Of a stretch of 64,000 nt of DNA, positions 44,646 to 54,350 are shown piece by piece (within the stretch, counting starts at the first letter, position 1; every line of letters begins with the position of its first letter). Below the pieces are notes generated by a model, which did not search any database, was not told the DNA's origin, and saw only the letters and a list, made by a program, of their open reading frames with translations. Source of the DNA: a bacterium (GTDB taxonomy: Bacteria; Patescibacteriota; Patescibacteriia; UBA10025); contig JAKAGM010000001.1 in assembly GCA_021815445.1 (NCBI GenBank), positions 154,910 through 218,909 on the forward strand, given 5' to 3'. The position numbers and the translations under genes were made by a program.

Positions 44646-45643
44646 GCGCAAAGAATGGCTACATTACAAATCTTTTACGAACGGCAGGACGTCCACATTT
44701 ACGCCCTGAATCCCGTGAACGCATTCGGCTGGCCGTTGTAGCGTCGTTTGCTGATGTAATACGGAATGCCGACGAACGATACAAGTATCAGACGGCAGAA
44801 TTTACTTTTTTTTCACCAAGCATTATGATACCCGTTATTATTGCAATCATCCTCGTCGTTGCCGGTGCGGGCACAGTCATCGCCTCCGATGCAGCAAAGC
44901 CGGGTGACGCACTTTTTGGTGTGGATAAGGCCCTGGAGCAAACTCGGTTGGATTTCACCATCAGTCGTACGGCAAAAGCTGAATATCTCGCCAATATCGC
45001 CCAGGAGCGAGAAAAGGAACGCGCACAGCTCGAAGCCGAAGGAAAGTCGCAGGAATCAGCTTCAGCCGACGTTGAAGTCGGGCAGGCTCTGGACACAGCG
45101 AAGCAGACTATCGACGAGGTCCGCACAAAGCAGGAGCAGGAGGGCGATAGCCACGCTGTCGATACGCTCACCAAGGTTGAGGACAAGCTCCTCGAGCTCC
45201 AGCAGCAGCACGAGGAACGAGCTCAGGAACACATCCAGATCGAGGTCAAAATAACCGGAGGTACTGCGAAAGTGGAAGTCCGATCTGCGGGGCTTGACGC
45301 AACCTTTACGCTCGCGACGACTGATGTCGAGCAGATTATCGCCCAGATTGTACAGCGCACAGGACTGACAGATAGCCAGGTGAGAGCTTCTATAAAGATT
45401 GAAAACGAAGATCAGGGTGACAGTCAGTCTGATTCAAATGCGGGCGAAAATGAGAATAAGAACGTCAACGAGCATAAGGACGAGAACAGCAATTCTAAAA
45501 ATGATGTCAATCAAAGCACTAATACCTCGTTGAACATCAATGCTTCCGCTCCGGACGGCTCCAGGGGTACTGACGCGAGCAATGAGAACCGGGATACGAA
45601 CACGAATACTGAGGGTTCGGGTCAGGACAACAGCGGAGATTAA
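44642..45643 (+). CDS. putative membrane anti-sigma factor (DUF5667-like) with E/Q-rich coiled coil and N/D/S-rich tail
   Basis: ATGA overlap with the sigma gene. Single TM helix (IMIPVIIAIILVVAGAGTVIA). Low-complexity C-terminus. Confidence 0.45.
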   Translation: MSAKNGYITNLLRTAGRPHLRPESRERIRLAVVASFADVIRNADERYKYQTAEFTFFSPSIMIPVIIAIILVVAGAGTVIASDAAKPGDALFGVDKALEQTRLDFTISRTAKAEYLANIAQEREKERAQLEAEGKSQESASADVEVGQALDTAKQTIDEVRTKQEQEGDSHAVDTLTKVEDKLLELQQQHEERAQEHIQIEVKITGGTAKVEVRSAGLDATFTLATTDVEQIIAQIVQRTGLTDSQVRASIKIENEDQGDSQSDSNAGENENKNVNEHKDENSNSKNDVNQSTNTSLNINASAPDGSRGTDASNENRDTNTNTEGSGQDNSGD

Positions 45644-45710
45644 CCCGATACTGGCGATAGTTTTACCCATACAACACCGTACACTTAATAACGTTCGAGA
45701 ACCAAGAATT

Positions 45711-45738
45711 GCCCGCTTCTGCTTAGCGGGCGGTTTTT
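45711..45738 (+). terminator. rho-independent terminator
   Basis: GCCCGCT-tctgctt-AGCGGGC then GGTTTTTGA. Confidence 0.55.
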
Positions 45739-45846
45739 GATGTAGCGGTCCGACGCATTGACAACGACTAGGCACATGATACGATAGTTTTCTCACAGCA
45801 GCCCAGAACTCATTGGTGTTTTCCACCGTTGCTCAGGAGGGATCGC

Positions 45847-46035
45847 ATGGATTCAAAAAGAGAGTTGGAACTGGCCGCTCAGTCCGTGAGCGCCAAGAAG
45901 TACGACGAGGCTGCCGCACGAAGCCTGCTGGTGATTGCCCGTTCGTTGCACAAAATCACTGATTTACTGGAGAAGCAGGTGAAGCCACGCCGTTCGCGTC
46001 CGAAACGGGCCGTCGCCAGGGCCAGACGCCGGTAG
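45847..46035 (+). CDS. hypothetical small protein (62 aa) with Arg-rich C-terminus
   Basis: Own promoter (TTGACA-16-TACGAT, extended TG). GGAGGG RBS 5 nt upstream. Confidence 0.35.
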   Translation: MDSKRELELAAQSVSAKKYDEAAARSLLVIARSLHKITDLLEKQVKPRRSRPKRAVARARRR

Positions 46036-46161
46036 TTCATTTGCGAAGGTATGTTTTCCGCCGATCTCGCTCATCCTATACCAGGGTCCACGCTTGACCG
46101 GCTTTTTTATTACTAAAAAAATTAAGTTGATTTTCTGAGTATACTCGCGTATAATTTCCTT

Positions 46162-47034
46162 ATGCAGGCGATAGTTGTGGAAAATTTAACGAAACATTTC
46201 GGGAAGACGAAAGCAGTCGACGGGGTATCGTTTTCCGTAGAGCAGGGGGAAGTGTTCGGTTTCCTCGGTCCTAATGGCGCTGGCAAAACGACGACTATCA
46301 GATGCATGATGGATTTTATCCGTCCGTCAGGCGGCACTGTCTCACTTCTCGGCCTGGATGCACAAAAGGACTCTGTCGAAGTGAAAAAACGAGTCGGCTA
46401 TCTTTCGGGATATGTGCGGCTTTACGGTTCATGGACGGGTGATGATCACATCAGGTTCGCACAGCGCTTGAGCGGCAGCCACGACAGAGCGCAAGAGCTT
46501 GCCAACCGGCTTAATTTCAACCCCAAGGTAAAAGCCAAAGCGCTCTCGACGGGCAATAGGCAAAAGCTCGGCCTGATTTTATCGCTGTTGAATGATCCTG
46601 ACCTGATCATCATGGACGAACCGACCAATGCGCTCGATCCGCTCCTTCAGAACGCCGTCTATGGGCTCCTCGACGAAGCAAAGAAGCGCGGCGCGACTAT
46701 ATTTATGTCATCGCACAACCTGAATGAGGTGGATCGCATATGCACGAATGTATGCGTCATCAAGCAGGGGAAAGTTGTCGCAACGGACGCTATTAACGAT
46801 CTCAAGAAATTACGCCTCTTCAGAATACATGCACACGTGGCAGGATCCATATCGCCGGCGATATTCACTTCCCTCGGCGCGGAGGTCCTCGAACACCGCA
46901 ACGACCACATTACCATGAAGATCAAGGGCGACGTGACGCCTATCATCAAGGCGCTCAGCGGGTATAAACTTCACGATCTCGAGGTCGAGCATGCGACTCT
47001 CGAGGATATTTTTCTCGAATATTACCAAGCCTGA
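46162..47034 (+). CDS. ABC transporter ATP-binding protein (ABC-2 type)
   Basis: Walker A GPNGAGKTT, signature LSTGNRQKLGL, Walker B IIMDEPTNALD. Confidence 0.85.
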   Translation: MQAIVVENLTKHFGKTKAVDGVSFSVEQGEVFGFLGPNGAGKTTTIRCMMDFIRPSGGTVSLLGLDAQKDSVEVKKRVGYLSGYVRLYGSWTGDDHIRFAQRLSGSHDRAQELANRLNFNPKVKAKALSTGNRQKLGLILSLLNDPDLIIMDEPTNALDPLLQNAVYGLLDEAKKRGATIFMSSHNLNEVDRICTNVCVIKQGKVVATDAINDLKKLRLFRIHAHVAGSISPAIFTSLGAEVLEHRNDHITMKIKGDVTPIIKALSGYKLHDLEVEHATLEDIFLEYYQA

Positions 47035-47036
47035 CT

Positions 47037-47840
47037 ATGTGGACACTTTTTTTCCGCTATCTCCGGGACAGGCGCATCTTCATCATCGTGTTCTGTGTTG
47101 CTGCTATAGCCACGATGTGGATGTATATCGCGCTGTTCCCGTCGATGCAGCAGCAGTCGGCGACGCTCAACGAGGCGTTCAAAAGCTATCCCGAATCCCT
47201 GATGAAGGCGTTCGGCATCGAGTCGCTGACGTTTAACCGCATCGAAAATTTCATCGCCATGGAATACTTCAGCATCATCTGGCCGCTTATGGCGATTTTT
47301 CTCGGTATTTCACTTGCCTCAGGGGCAGTTGCGAGAGAAGTGGAAAAGGGGACCATCGAGCTGGTGCTAGCGCGTCCGGTATCGCGCCTTAAATTATTCG
47401 GCAGCCGTTATCTCGCCGGACTTTCCGCGCTTGTGCTGTTTACCCTGTTATCGACGTTTTGCGTCATTCCTATCGCCGCTATCCACCACGTAGATTACGC
47501 CCTCCGTAATTTTGTGACTGTCGCAATCCTTGGGCTGCTTTTCGCATGGGCGACATTTTCGCTCAGTATGATGCTTTCGGCATTTTTCTCTGATAAGGGC
47601 AAGGTATCCATGAGCGTCGGAGGATTACTCGTCCTGATGTACGTGCTGAATATCGTTGCGGCATTGAAAGCTAATTTAAAAGATTTGCAGTACGCCTCAT
47701 TTTTTCACTATTTCGCGTCCAGTAATGCATTGATAAAGAATATGCTGACTGTGGAATCAGTTTGGGTATTTATTGCCGTTGCGGTAGTATGCACGGCTAT
47801 CGGTAGTTGGCGGTTCAAGCAGAGGGATGTAGCTGTCTGA
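47037..47840 (+). CDS. ABC-2 family transporter permease
   Basis: Six predicted TM helices. Immediately follows the ATPase. Confidence 0.65.
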   Translation: MWTLFFRYLRDRRIFIIVFCVAAIATMWMYIALFPSMQQQSATLNEAFKSYPESLMKAFGIESLTFNRIENFIAMEYFSIIWPLMAIFLGISLASGAVAREVEKGTIELVLARPVSRLKLFGSRYLAGLSALVLFTLLSTFCVIPIAAIHHVDYALRNFVTVAILGLLFAWATFSLSMMLSAFFSDKGKVSMSVGGLLVLMYVLNIVAALKANLKDLQYASFFHYFASSNALIKNMLTVESVWVFIAVAVVCTAIGSWRFKQRDVAV

Positions 47841-48016
47841 AGCCCTGCCAGGCGGTCTCGGAAAAAAGGAGAAGACTACCCGTTTACCAATGTTGAAGTA
47901 TCGAGGGATAGTAGTATTCCTGGGCCGTTTGGAGTTGACTTCGTTTTTTCCCCGTGTTACTGTTCAGCATAAACAACGAATTGCCCTTTTCATCAACCTT
48001 TCAACGAGAGGGTGTC

Positions 48017-48598
48017 ATGAAGACAGAGGTAATGTCGAATCGGAGCGAGCTGATTGTTAACCGCATTATTATTATCCTTATTGCCGGGCTGGTTATCACC
48101 GGAGCGGTAATGGAGATCGCATTCGCTTTGCATGCACACTGGGCTGTCGGCCATGCCGGACTCGCACTATGGGCCGGCGCGATCCTCTGGGTTATCATCT
48201 CCGGGGCGGGGTGGACAATGCGTGCGACATGGGGATCAGACGAAGCTCCGCTGTGGCTCCTTATCCCATTCTCCATATTACCCGTTCTGTCCGTTGGCGC
48301 AGTTTTTATCCCGGCGCTCCGGCCCTTTTGCGCTTGGTCGAACGCCGTACTTTGGACGATAATGATTCTCTCCGTGTACGGCATTTTGCGTGACGGCTGG
48401 GGATTCTCTTCGCCCGCGCAAAAGACGGATAAACCCACAGGAGATGAAGGGAAAGAGCAGATTGACGTTGTCGATCCTCTTCGCCGCAGCTTAGGTACTC
48501 TTTGCAATATTCTCGGTTTTTCCCGCCTCAGGTATCTCCCGAGGCGTTTTTTTCATAGGAAAAGCGTCTTAACTCACAACTTCAGCTGGCTTCATTAA
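48017..48598 (+). CDS. hypothetical polytopic membrane protein
   Basis: Start at ATG 48017 (the track used GTG 47954). Four to five hydrophobic helices. Confidence 0.4.
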   Translation: MKTEVMSNRSELIVNRIIIILIAGLVITGAVMEIAFALHAHWAVGHAGLALWAGAILWVIISGAGWTMRATWGSDEAPLWLLIPFSILPVLSVGAVFIPALRPFCAWSNAVLWTIMILSVYGILRDGWGFSSPAQKTDKPTGDEGKEQIDVVDPLRRSLGTLCNILGFSRLRYLPRRFFHRKSVLTHNFSWLH

Positions 48599-48721
48599 AT
48601 GTTTTGACATCGAATAGTGTGTATGATAAAGTTTGCTATTGCATTGATCATTGACTCAAGACTTCAAAAACTAACGGGGAAACCATTCCCTTAACGGTCC
48701 TTTTTGAGGAACTAGGAGGGT

Positions 48722-49192
48722 ATGATGCAAAATGACATCAGTGGCAGAGTACGGGACATCCAGGCACTTAGGGAGCAGGTTGAGACGGAGTTGGGTCGTA
48801 TCTCCGGCAACTATGTTGGTCTTGACTTTCCGTCGTGCCTGGGCGGAGAACGTTTCTCCCACTGCGAATCGGGCATCACGGTGTCTGAAACTGAGTGGTT
48901 CGTGAATGATGAGAAGGGTAGTCTACTGAAAGGTGAGACGTACCGATATCTGCTCATATTCGCGGGACAGGGCATCGCAATTCTCGCGGAGGGGGAGAGA
49001 GAGTGCGGCAACGTATACCGTTTCCAAACATGGCTGAACAGAGAGGCTGTCGACAAATATGGCATTGGCAGTCCGTTGTTCGATCTTGCGGCCATACGAG
49101 CTGCGCTCACCAAGGCCCTCGAAGACGAGGCCGTGAGCCTGGAGGACGAAGCCGCTAAGGTGCGCGAACTTATGGCCGCACTGGCAGCGTAG
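48722..49192 (+). CDS. hypothetical protein (156 aa)
   Basis: Clean ORF with AGGAGGG RBS and a downstream terminator. No family recognised. Confidence 0.45.
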   Translation: MMQNDISGRVRDIQALREQVETELGRISGNYVGLDFPSCLGGERFSHCESGITVSETEWFVNDEKGSLLKGETYRYLLIFAGQGIAILAEGERECGNVYRFQTWLNREAVDKYGIGSPLFDLAAIRAALTKALEDEAVSLEDEAAKVRELMAALAA

Positions 49193-49228
49193 AAGTGCAT
49201 GTTCTTACCAGAGGCATGGTCCACCATG

Positions 49229-49257
49229 GATCGATCCTGACAGGTCGATCTTTTTTT
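49229..49257 (+). terminator. rho-independent terminator
   Basis: GATCGA-tcctgacagg-TCGATC then ttttttt. Confidence 0.55.
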
Positions 49258-49278
49258 GAATAGGAAATTAATTTTAAA

Positions 49279-49289
49279 AATGGTATACT
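49279..49289 (+). promoter_or_regulatory. extended -10 promoter aaaaaTGGTATACT (third occurrence of the TGGTATACT motif)
   Basis: ttttaaaaatggtatact, 29 nt upstream of the cyclophilin ATG. Confidence 0.45.
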
Positions 49290-49317
49290 GAGAAAGTTCT
49301 ATTTACATTTTACCAAT

Positions 49318-49788
49318 ATGCCCAAAGAATACGACTTCCCCGGAGTGTTACCCGCCGAAAAAATTAAGGGTAAAAAAGTAACCCTCCAAACGAGCAAAGG
49401 AACGATAGAGTTCGAGCTGTTTTTCGATGATGCACCAAAAGCCGTGAGTAACTTCGTGTATCTCGCCGAACAGGGGTTCTTCGACGGCCTCACGTTTCAC
49501 CGCGTGGTGCCGGGGTTTGTCATCCAGGGCGGCGACCCGTTAGGCACAGGCACCGGCGGTCCCGGTTACCAATTTGAGGACGAACCCGTCATACAGAATT
49601 ATGACCAGGGCATTGTCGCTATGGCCAATGCCGGGCCGGACACCAACGGCTCGCAATTTTTTATCATGCTTGAGGATAACCCGACATTACCGAAAGCATA
49701 CACAATTTTCGGGAAGGTAATTAAAGGAATGGATGCGGTGAAAAAGATTGTGCAGGGAGATAAGATGGTAAGGGTGACGATCCAATAA
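49318..49788 (+). CDS. peptidyl-prolyl cis-trans isomerase, cyclophilin type
   Basis: FHRVVPGFVIQGGDP...GIVAMANAGPDTNGSQFFI cyclophilin signature. Confidence 0.9.
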   Translation: MPKEYDFPGVLPAEKIKGKKVTLQTSKGTIEFELFFDDAPKAVSNFVYLAEQGFFDGLTFHRVVPGFVIQGGDPLGTGTGGPGYQFEDEPVIQNYDQGIVAMANAGPDTNGSQFFIMLEDNPTLPKAYTIFGKVIKGMDAVKKIVQGDKMVRVTIQ

Positions 49789-49806
49789 GCATTCAATAGG
49801 CGCAGT

Positions 49807-50268
49807 ATGAAGAAAGTCGAGAGAGATTTCTATCAAGTCTCACTGAAACTTATCTTGAATAACGACAAGGGCGAGACTCTGCTCATGAAGGCGCTGAACA
49901 CGGGCACGTACGCGGGCTTTTATGATTTTCCCGGAGGGCGGATAAATGTCGGTGAATTCGAGGTTCCGTTGCCGGATATCGTTCGACGAGAAGTCCGTGA
50001 GGAAATAGGGGATGTCGAGTATACACTCAACCCGCATCCCGCGGCTGTTGCTCGCCACCTTATTCCCGCAAGCATTTCTGGTTTAAAGAGTGACATTCGA
50101 GTGGTATATCTTCTTTATGAGGGCGCATACTCAACCGGCGAAGTTAGAATGAACCATGAACATACAGGGTTCCGGTGGCTTGATCTGAACAAGATTGATC
50201 TGGAAAAATATCTCACATCGGGAAACTTGGAAGGCGCCAGGATGTACGTAGGGAGAAAAAAGGGATAG
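49807..50268 (+). CDS. Nudix-like hydrolase (divergent Nudix box)
   Basis: GGRINVGEFEVPLPDIVRREVREEIG resembles GX5EX7REUXEEXGU with substitutions. Confidence 0.5.
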   Translation: MKKVERDFYQVSLKLILNNDKGETLLMKALNTGTYAGFYDFPGGRINVGEFEVPLPDIVRREVREEIGDVEYTLNPHPAAVARHLIPASISGLKSDIRVVYLLYEGAYSTGEVRMNHEHTGFRWLDLNKIDLEKYLTSGNLEGARMYVGRKKG

Positions 50269-50324
50269 GATGGAGAGTGCGGTGATTATTTGACCTCTTC
50301 TCTCCTTAACAAGTCACTATCACT

Positions 50325-51383
50325 ATGCAACAAATTCTCGGACAGAAACGGCCATTCTTCTACATTGTCGCGGCTGTCATCGCGTACCTATCATACCTGG
50401 TTTTGCGTCCCTACTTTTCGGCAATCGTGCTTGCGTTGATTTTAGTAATACTCTTCAAGCCAGTCTACTTTTTTTTCACGCGGTTCTCTTTCCATAAAGA
50501 AAGAATTGCCGTGTTGATGTCCGTCATTTTCGTCTTTCTGGTCGTTTTTATTCCCGTGGTGATTGTCGGCGGGCTCACAGTCAACCAGATTATCCAGTTC
50601 AAGAATGACCTGACCAGCGGCAACAGCAGTATTACCCTTGCGCGCGTCGTTGAACGCGTTAACGCAATCTCCGCAGTGATTCCTGGCCATGGCGCGCCGC
50701 TCACCGTGGCCGGTGCGCACGAACACATCAGCAAGTGGGCACAGGCCGCCGGAACGTATTTCCTCGCGCGACTGCCCAGCATAGGCTCCGGCGCCTTCCA
50801 GTCGGTAACGTGGTTCATCGTCTTCCTTATTTTGCTCTACTCGCTGTTTCCGATCCAGCATAAGCTCTTTAAGCTTTTTCAGAGCGCCAGTCCGCTTGAT
50901 GACCGCATCGACACGGTGTATGCCACCCGAGTCGTGGAAATGTCCAAGTCTATGATCAAGGGCACGCTCCTCGTGGCTGTAGTCCAGGGCTCCATTGCAG
51001 GTATCTTTCTCGCCATTGCAGGCGTGCCGTACGTACTTTTCTGGACAATGCTGATGATTTTTCTCGGGGTAGTTCCGATCATCGGTTACGGCTTTGTCCT
51101 TATCCCCATCGCGATAGTCCTCATCGCTACAGGCGGCATCTGGCAGGGGATCATGCTGATCCTGTCGAGTGCGCTCATTATCGGCAACCTCGACAATTAC
51201 CTCCGTCCCAAGCTGGTTTCTAAAAAAGCGGAGCTCCACCCGGCGCTCGTCATTCTCGGCGTTATCGGAGGCCTGCAAGTGTTCGGCGTGCTCGGGTTTA
51301 TCTACGGCCCGGTAATCATGATTCTTCTTGTCACGACCTTCGAGATGTATCAGAAATATTTTCGTACGCCGGCAGGAGAGTAG
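50325..51383 (+). CDS. AI-2E family transporter (PerM/UPF0118)
   Basis: About 8 TM helices. Conserved C-terminal block IGNLDNYLRPKLVSKKAELHPALVILGVIGG. Confidence 0.8.
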   Translation: MQQILGQKRPFFYIVAAVIAYLSYLVLRPYFSAIVLALILVILFKPVYFFFTRFSFHKERIAVLMSVIFVFLVVFIPVVIVGGLTVNQIIQFKNDLTSGNSSITLARVVERVNAISAVIPGHGAPLTVAGAHEHISKWAQAAGTYFLARLPSIGSGAFQSVTWFIVFLILLYSLFPIQHKLFKLFQSASPLDDRIDTVYATRVVEMSKSMIKGTLLVAVVQGSIAGIFLAIAGVPYVLFWTMLMIFLGVVPIIGYGFVLIPIAIVLIATGGIWQGIMLILSSALIIGNLDNYLRPKLVSKKAELHPALVILGVIGGLQVFGVLGFIYGPVIMILLVTTFEMYQKYFRTPAGE

Positions 51384-51438
51384 TACGTTCATGGAATAAG
51401 TAGTCATCCAATTTTGTTACCGTGTCCCATGACGGCCC

Positions 51439-51864
51439 ATGCTTCGTCATAAATCCCCATTTCGCGTTTCAGCCGTTATTATCAAAGACGGCAAAATGCT
51501 CTTGATTCACCGGAAGAAAAATGGAAACGATTATTTTATTAATATCGGCGGCACCCCAGAAAAAGGGGAGTCGCACGTACAAACTCTGGTTCGCGAAGTT
51601 AAAGAAGAGGCACGTATTGATGTGCGCATAGTGCGTAAACTCGACGAAGCATATAACAACCACGATGAGCGTACACATATATTTTTTCTCGCGGAAATTA
51701 TTTCCGGAGAGCCGAAACTTGGCGGTCCTGAGTTGGAGCGGCAAACGGAAGCTAACCAGTATCTTTTAGAATGGTGTCCGGTTGCTGATGCTGAACGCAT
51801 ACGGCTTTTCCCAGAAGCGGCAAAGGAGATCATGAAAAACTTGAAAACAACCGGTCATGAGTAA
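51439..51864 (+). CDS. NUDIX hydrolase
   Basis: Nudix box IGGTPEKGESHVQTLVREVKEEARI. Confidence 0.75.
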   Translation: MLRHKSPFRVSAVIIKDGKMLLIHRKKNGNDYFINIGGTPEKGESHVQTLVREVKEEARIDVRIVRKLDEAYNNHDERTHIFFLAEIISGEPKLGGPELERQTEANQYLLEWCPVADAERIRLFPEAAKEIMKNLKTTGHE

Positions 51865-52440
51865 TATCCAAAAGGCGCGAGAAACAGCGACGCGATTGCA
51901 CGCCGGCCAGACGAGGAAAGACAGCAGCACGCCGTACATCACTCATCCCGTTGCTGTGGCGGGAATTTTATCAAGATATACCGACGATGATGACACCCTG
52001 TGCGCCGCATTTTTGCATGATACACTGGAAGATGTGGACGGATACAGTTACGACCGACTTAAACAGGATTTCGGGAGCCGTGTCGCTGACATAGTCAAAG
52101 AAGTCTCAGAGGACAAAGTCCCGGGAGACAGCCGCGAAACAAGCAAAACCAGCTGGAGGCAAAGAAAAGAAGGATACATTGGGAATTTACAGAATAACAG
52201 TCGGGAAGCTCTCATGGTAAGCTGCGCTGACAAGATAGCCAATCTCACGAGCTTATAGACTTGTACGCGAAGTCCGGCGATGCCATGTGGGAACATTTCA
52301 ATGCTCCCGAGCCTTCTGCTGGGTCGACAATGTGGTATTTTGGGGAAGTACTGAACGTCTTAAAAAAGCGTTTGGACGATGATATCGTAAGGGAGTATGA
52401 AAAGATTGTCACGAGGGCGAGAAAGGTTTTTAAGGTATAA
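51857..52440 (+). pseudogene. SpoT/RelA-type HD-domain (p)ppGpp-hydrolase-like protein (Mesh1/SAH-like) interrupted by a frameshift near 52231-52256
   Basis: N-terminal ORF 51857-52258 carries HAGQTRKDSSTPYITHPVAVAGIL...AAFLHDTLEDV and ends CADKIANLTSL*. A different frame is open from 52231 to the TAA at 52438-52440 and encodes HELIDLYAKSGDAMWEHFNAPEPSAGSTMWYFGEVLNVLKKRL..., the expected C-terminal helices. Confidence 0.55.
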
Positions 52441-52525
52441 ACAGCGAGGAGGAGAATTAATGGAATAGAGGGCGAAAGAGAGTTCGGCAGATTCCCTACC
52501 TTTTTGGTATACTTCTTTTATATCC

Positions 52526-53032
52526 ATGCAAGTTCCTATCCGAAAACCAGGAAAGTATACATATTCTAAACCCGATCTTCATTTGACGAGGGCGAAACTT
52601 AATGGATTGAAGGAGGAACTTGAGCGATTAAAAACGACGAATCGGCCTCGTGCGATGAAAGAAGTGAGCCGGCTGGCTGAAATGGGGGACTTCTCCGAGA
52701 ATGCGGCATATCAGATAGCGAAAGGCAGACTGCGCGGGCTGAACGAACGCATAAATGAGCTTGAAGAACGGGTGAAAAAAGCAATTGTTATCCAAACGAA
52801 AGGTACGGACACTGTTCAAATCGGGCACAAAGTGACTGTCGAAGCGAATGGAAGGCGGTCGACATTTCGTGTGCTTGGTTCGGAGGAATCCGATCCGGGT
52901 CAACATATTATTTCATACACTTCACCGCTCGGGTCGGCAGTACTTGATAAAGCAGTCGGGGACCGCATAACCATGAAAGTGAAAAATAGCGAAGTCACCT
53001 ACGTCATTGTAATGATTGCAGAGAACCCATGA
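52526..53032 (+). CDS. greA: transcription elongation factor GreA
   Basis: N-terminal coiled coil (LTRAKLNGLKEELERLK...GDFSENAAYQIAKGRLRGLNERINELE) plus FKBP-like C-terminal domain. Confidence 0.85.
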   Translation: MQVPIRKPGKYTYSKPDLHLTRAKLNGLKEELERLKTTNRPRAMKEVSRLAEMGDFSENAAYQIAKGRLRGLNERINELEERVKKAIVIQTKGTDTVQIGHKVTVEANGRRSTFRVLGSEESDPGQHIISYTSPLGSAVLDKAVGDRITMKVKNSEVTYVIVMIAENP

Positions 53033-54264
53033 AACAACATCTGGCACTGCATATTCTGAGAAGCGGGAAAAACGTGCTCCTGACGGGTCCTGCGGGAAGC
53101 GGGAAAACTTTTGTGTTAAACCAATTTATCGGCCACCTGAAGCGCGAAAAGATTCCTGTCGGGATTACGGCACCGACAGGTGTCGCGGCAACGCACATCA
53201 ACGGCCGCACACTACATTCATGGGCGGGATTGGGGATTCAGCATCGATTTACCAAAAAGGAGATCGATAAAATCGCATATACCAAGCGTATCCGAGAAAG
53301 GGTGCTCAAGACAAAGACGCTCATTATCGACGAGATATCGATGATGAATCATTACCATCTTGACGCAGTTGATGCCGTGTGCAGGAAAATTCGGCAAAAC
53401 ACCCAACCGTTCGGCGGCATCCAGGTAGTCATGAGCGGGGACTTTTTCCAACTGCCACCCATCAGTCGGGATGGTGAGGAGGGGAAGTTTGTCAACAACT
53501 CGGACATCTGGGGCGCAATGGATCTGCAAGTATGCTATCTTACTGAACAGCACCGGCATGATGACGCTGATCTTTCGAAAGCGTTGAATGATATTCGGAA
53601 GGGCAGGGTAACTGCAGCGACAAAAGAGATTCTTGCCGGCAGGCACAGGGCGAGCATCAGCGGTAGTATGCGGCCCACGAGGCTCTTCACCCACAATGTT
53701 GACGTGGATGCGCAAAATGAGCATGAGCTCGGTTTGATCGGCGGAGAAGAACATGAATATAACATGGGGGAGGCCGGACGGGCCGAGCTGGTGAAGAGTC
53801 TGAAAAAAAATTGCCTCGCGCCCGAACGTCTGATGCTCAAAAAAGGCGCCGTAGTGATGTTTCTCAAAAACAACTCTGAGGCGGGATATGTAAATGGCAC
53901 GCTCGGTAAGGTGATAAACTTCTCGTCAGAAGACTTTCCGATTGTAGAGACAACCAATGGCGATGTTATTACCGCAACCCCATCGCGATGGATGGTTGAG
54001 GAAGAAGATGAAATACTCGCCCAGATTTCGCAGATTCCGCTACGGCTCGCCTGGGCGATTACGGTGCACAAAAGCCAGGGAATGACACTCGACCTGGCCG
54101 AAATGGACCTGAGCAAATCATTCACCCCCGGGATGGGCTATGTGGCGCTTTCCCGCGTACGGAAACTGAGCGGGCTGAGTCTGCTCGGCTTAAATGAAAT
54201 GGCGCTGAAAGTAAATCCGAAAGCTATTCTGCTGGATAGAGAGTTGAGGAGGCGGTCAATATGA
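53029..54264 (+). CDS. PIF1/RecD-like ATP-dependent DNA helicase (AAA_30)
   Basis: Walker A LLTGPAGSGKTF and Walker B-like IIDEISMM. Helicase motif SLHSWAGLG. ATGA overlap with greA. Confidence 0.7.
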   Translation: MKQHLALHILRSGKNVLLTGPAGSGKTFVLNQFIGHLKREKIPVGITAPTGVAATHINGRTLHSWAGLGIQHRFTKKEIDKIAYTKRIRERVLKTKTLIIDEISMMNHYHLDAVDAVCRKIRQNTQPFGGIQVVMSGDFFQLPPISRDGEEGKFVNNSDIWGAMDLQVCYLTEQHRHDDADLSKALNDIRKGRVTAATKEILAGRHRASISGSMRPTRLFTHNVDVDAQNEHELGLIGGEEHEYNMGEAGRAELVKSLKKNCLAPERLMLKKGAVVMFLKNNSEAGYVNGTLGKVINFSSEDFPIVETTNGDVITATPSRWMVEEEDEILAQISQIPLRLAWAITVHKSQGMTLDLAEMDLSKSFTPGMGYVALSRVRKLSGLSLLGLNEMALKVNPKAILLDRELRRRSI

Positions 54265-54350
54265 TGTTTCATGCATAACAGCATCCCACGGCAAGACCGC
54301 TAAAGACCATTTGGCTTTAGGACTGCTTTGAAAAAGAAAAAACCGTCTGC

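Noticed and set aside
50442-51407. 321-aa minus-strand ORF
   Set aside because: It is antisense to the AI-2E transporter gene. It is an acidic/His-rich low-complexity translation, whereas the plus-strand product has conserved family motifs.
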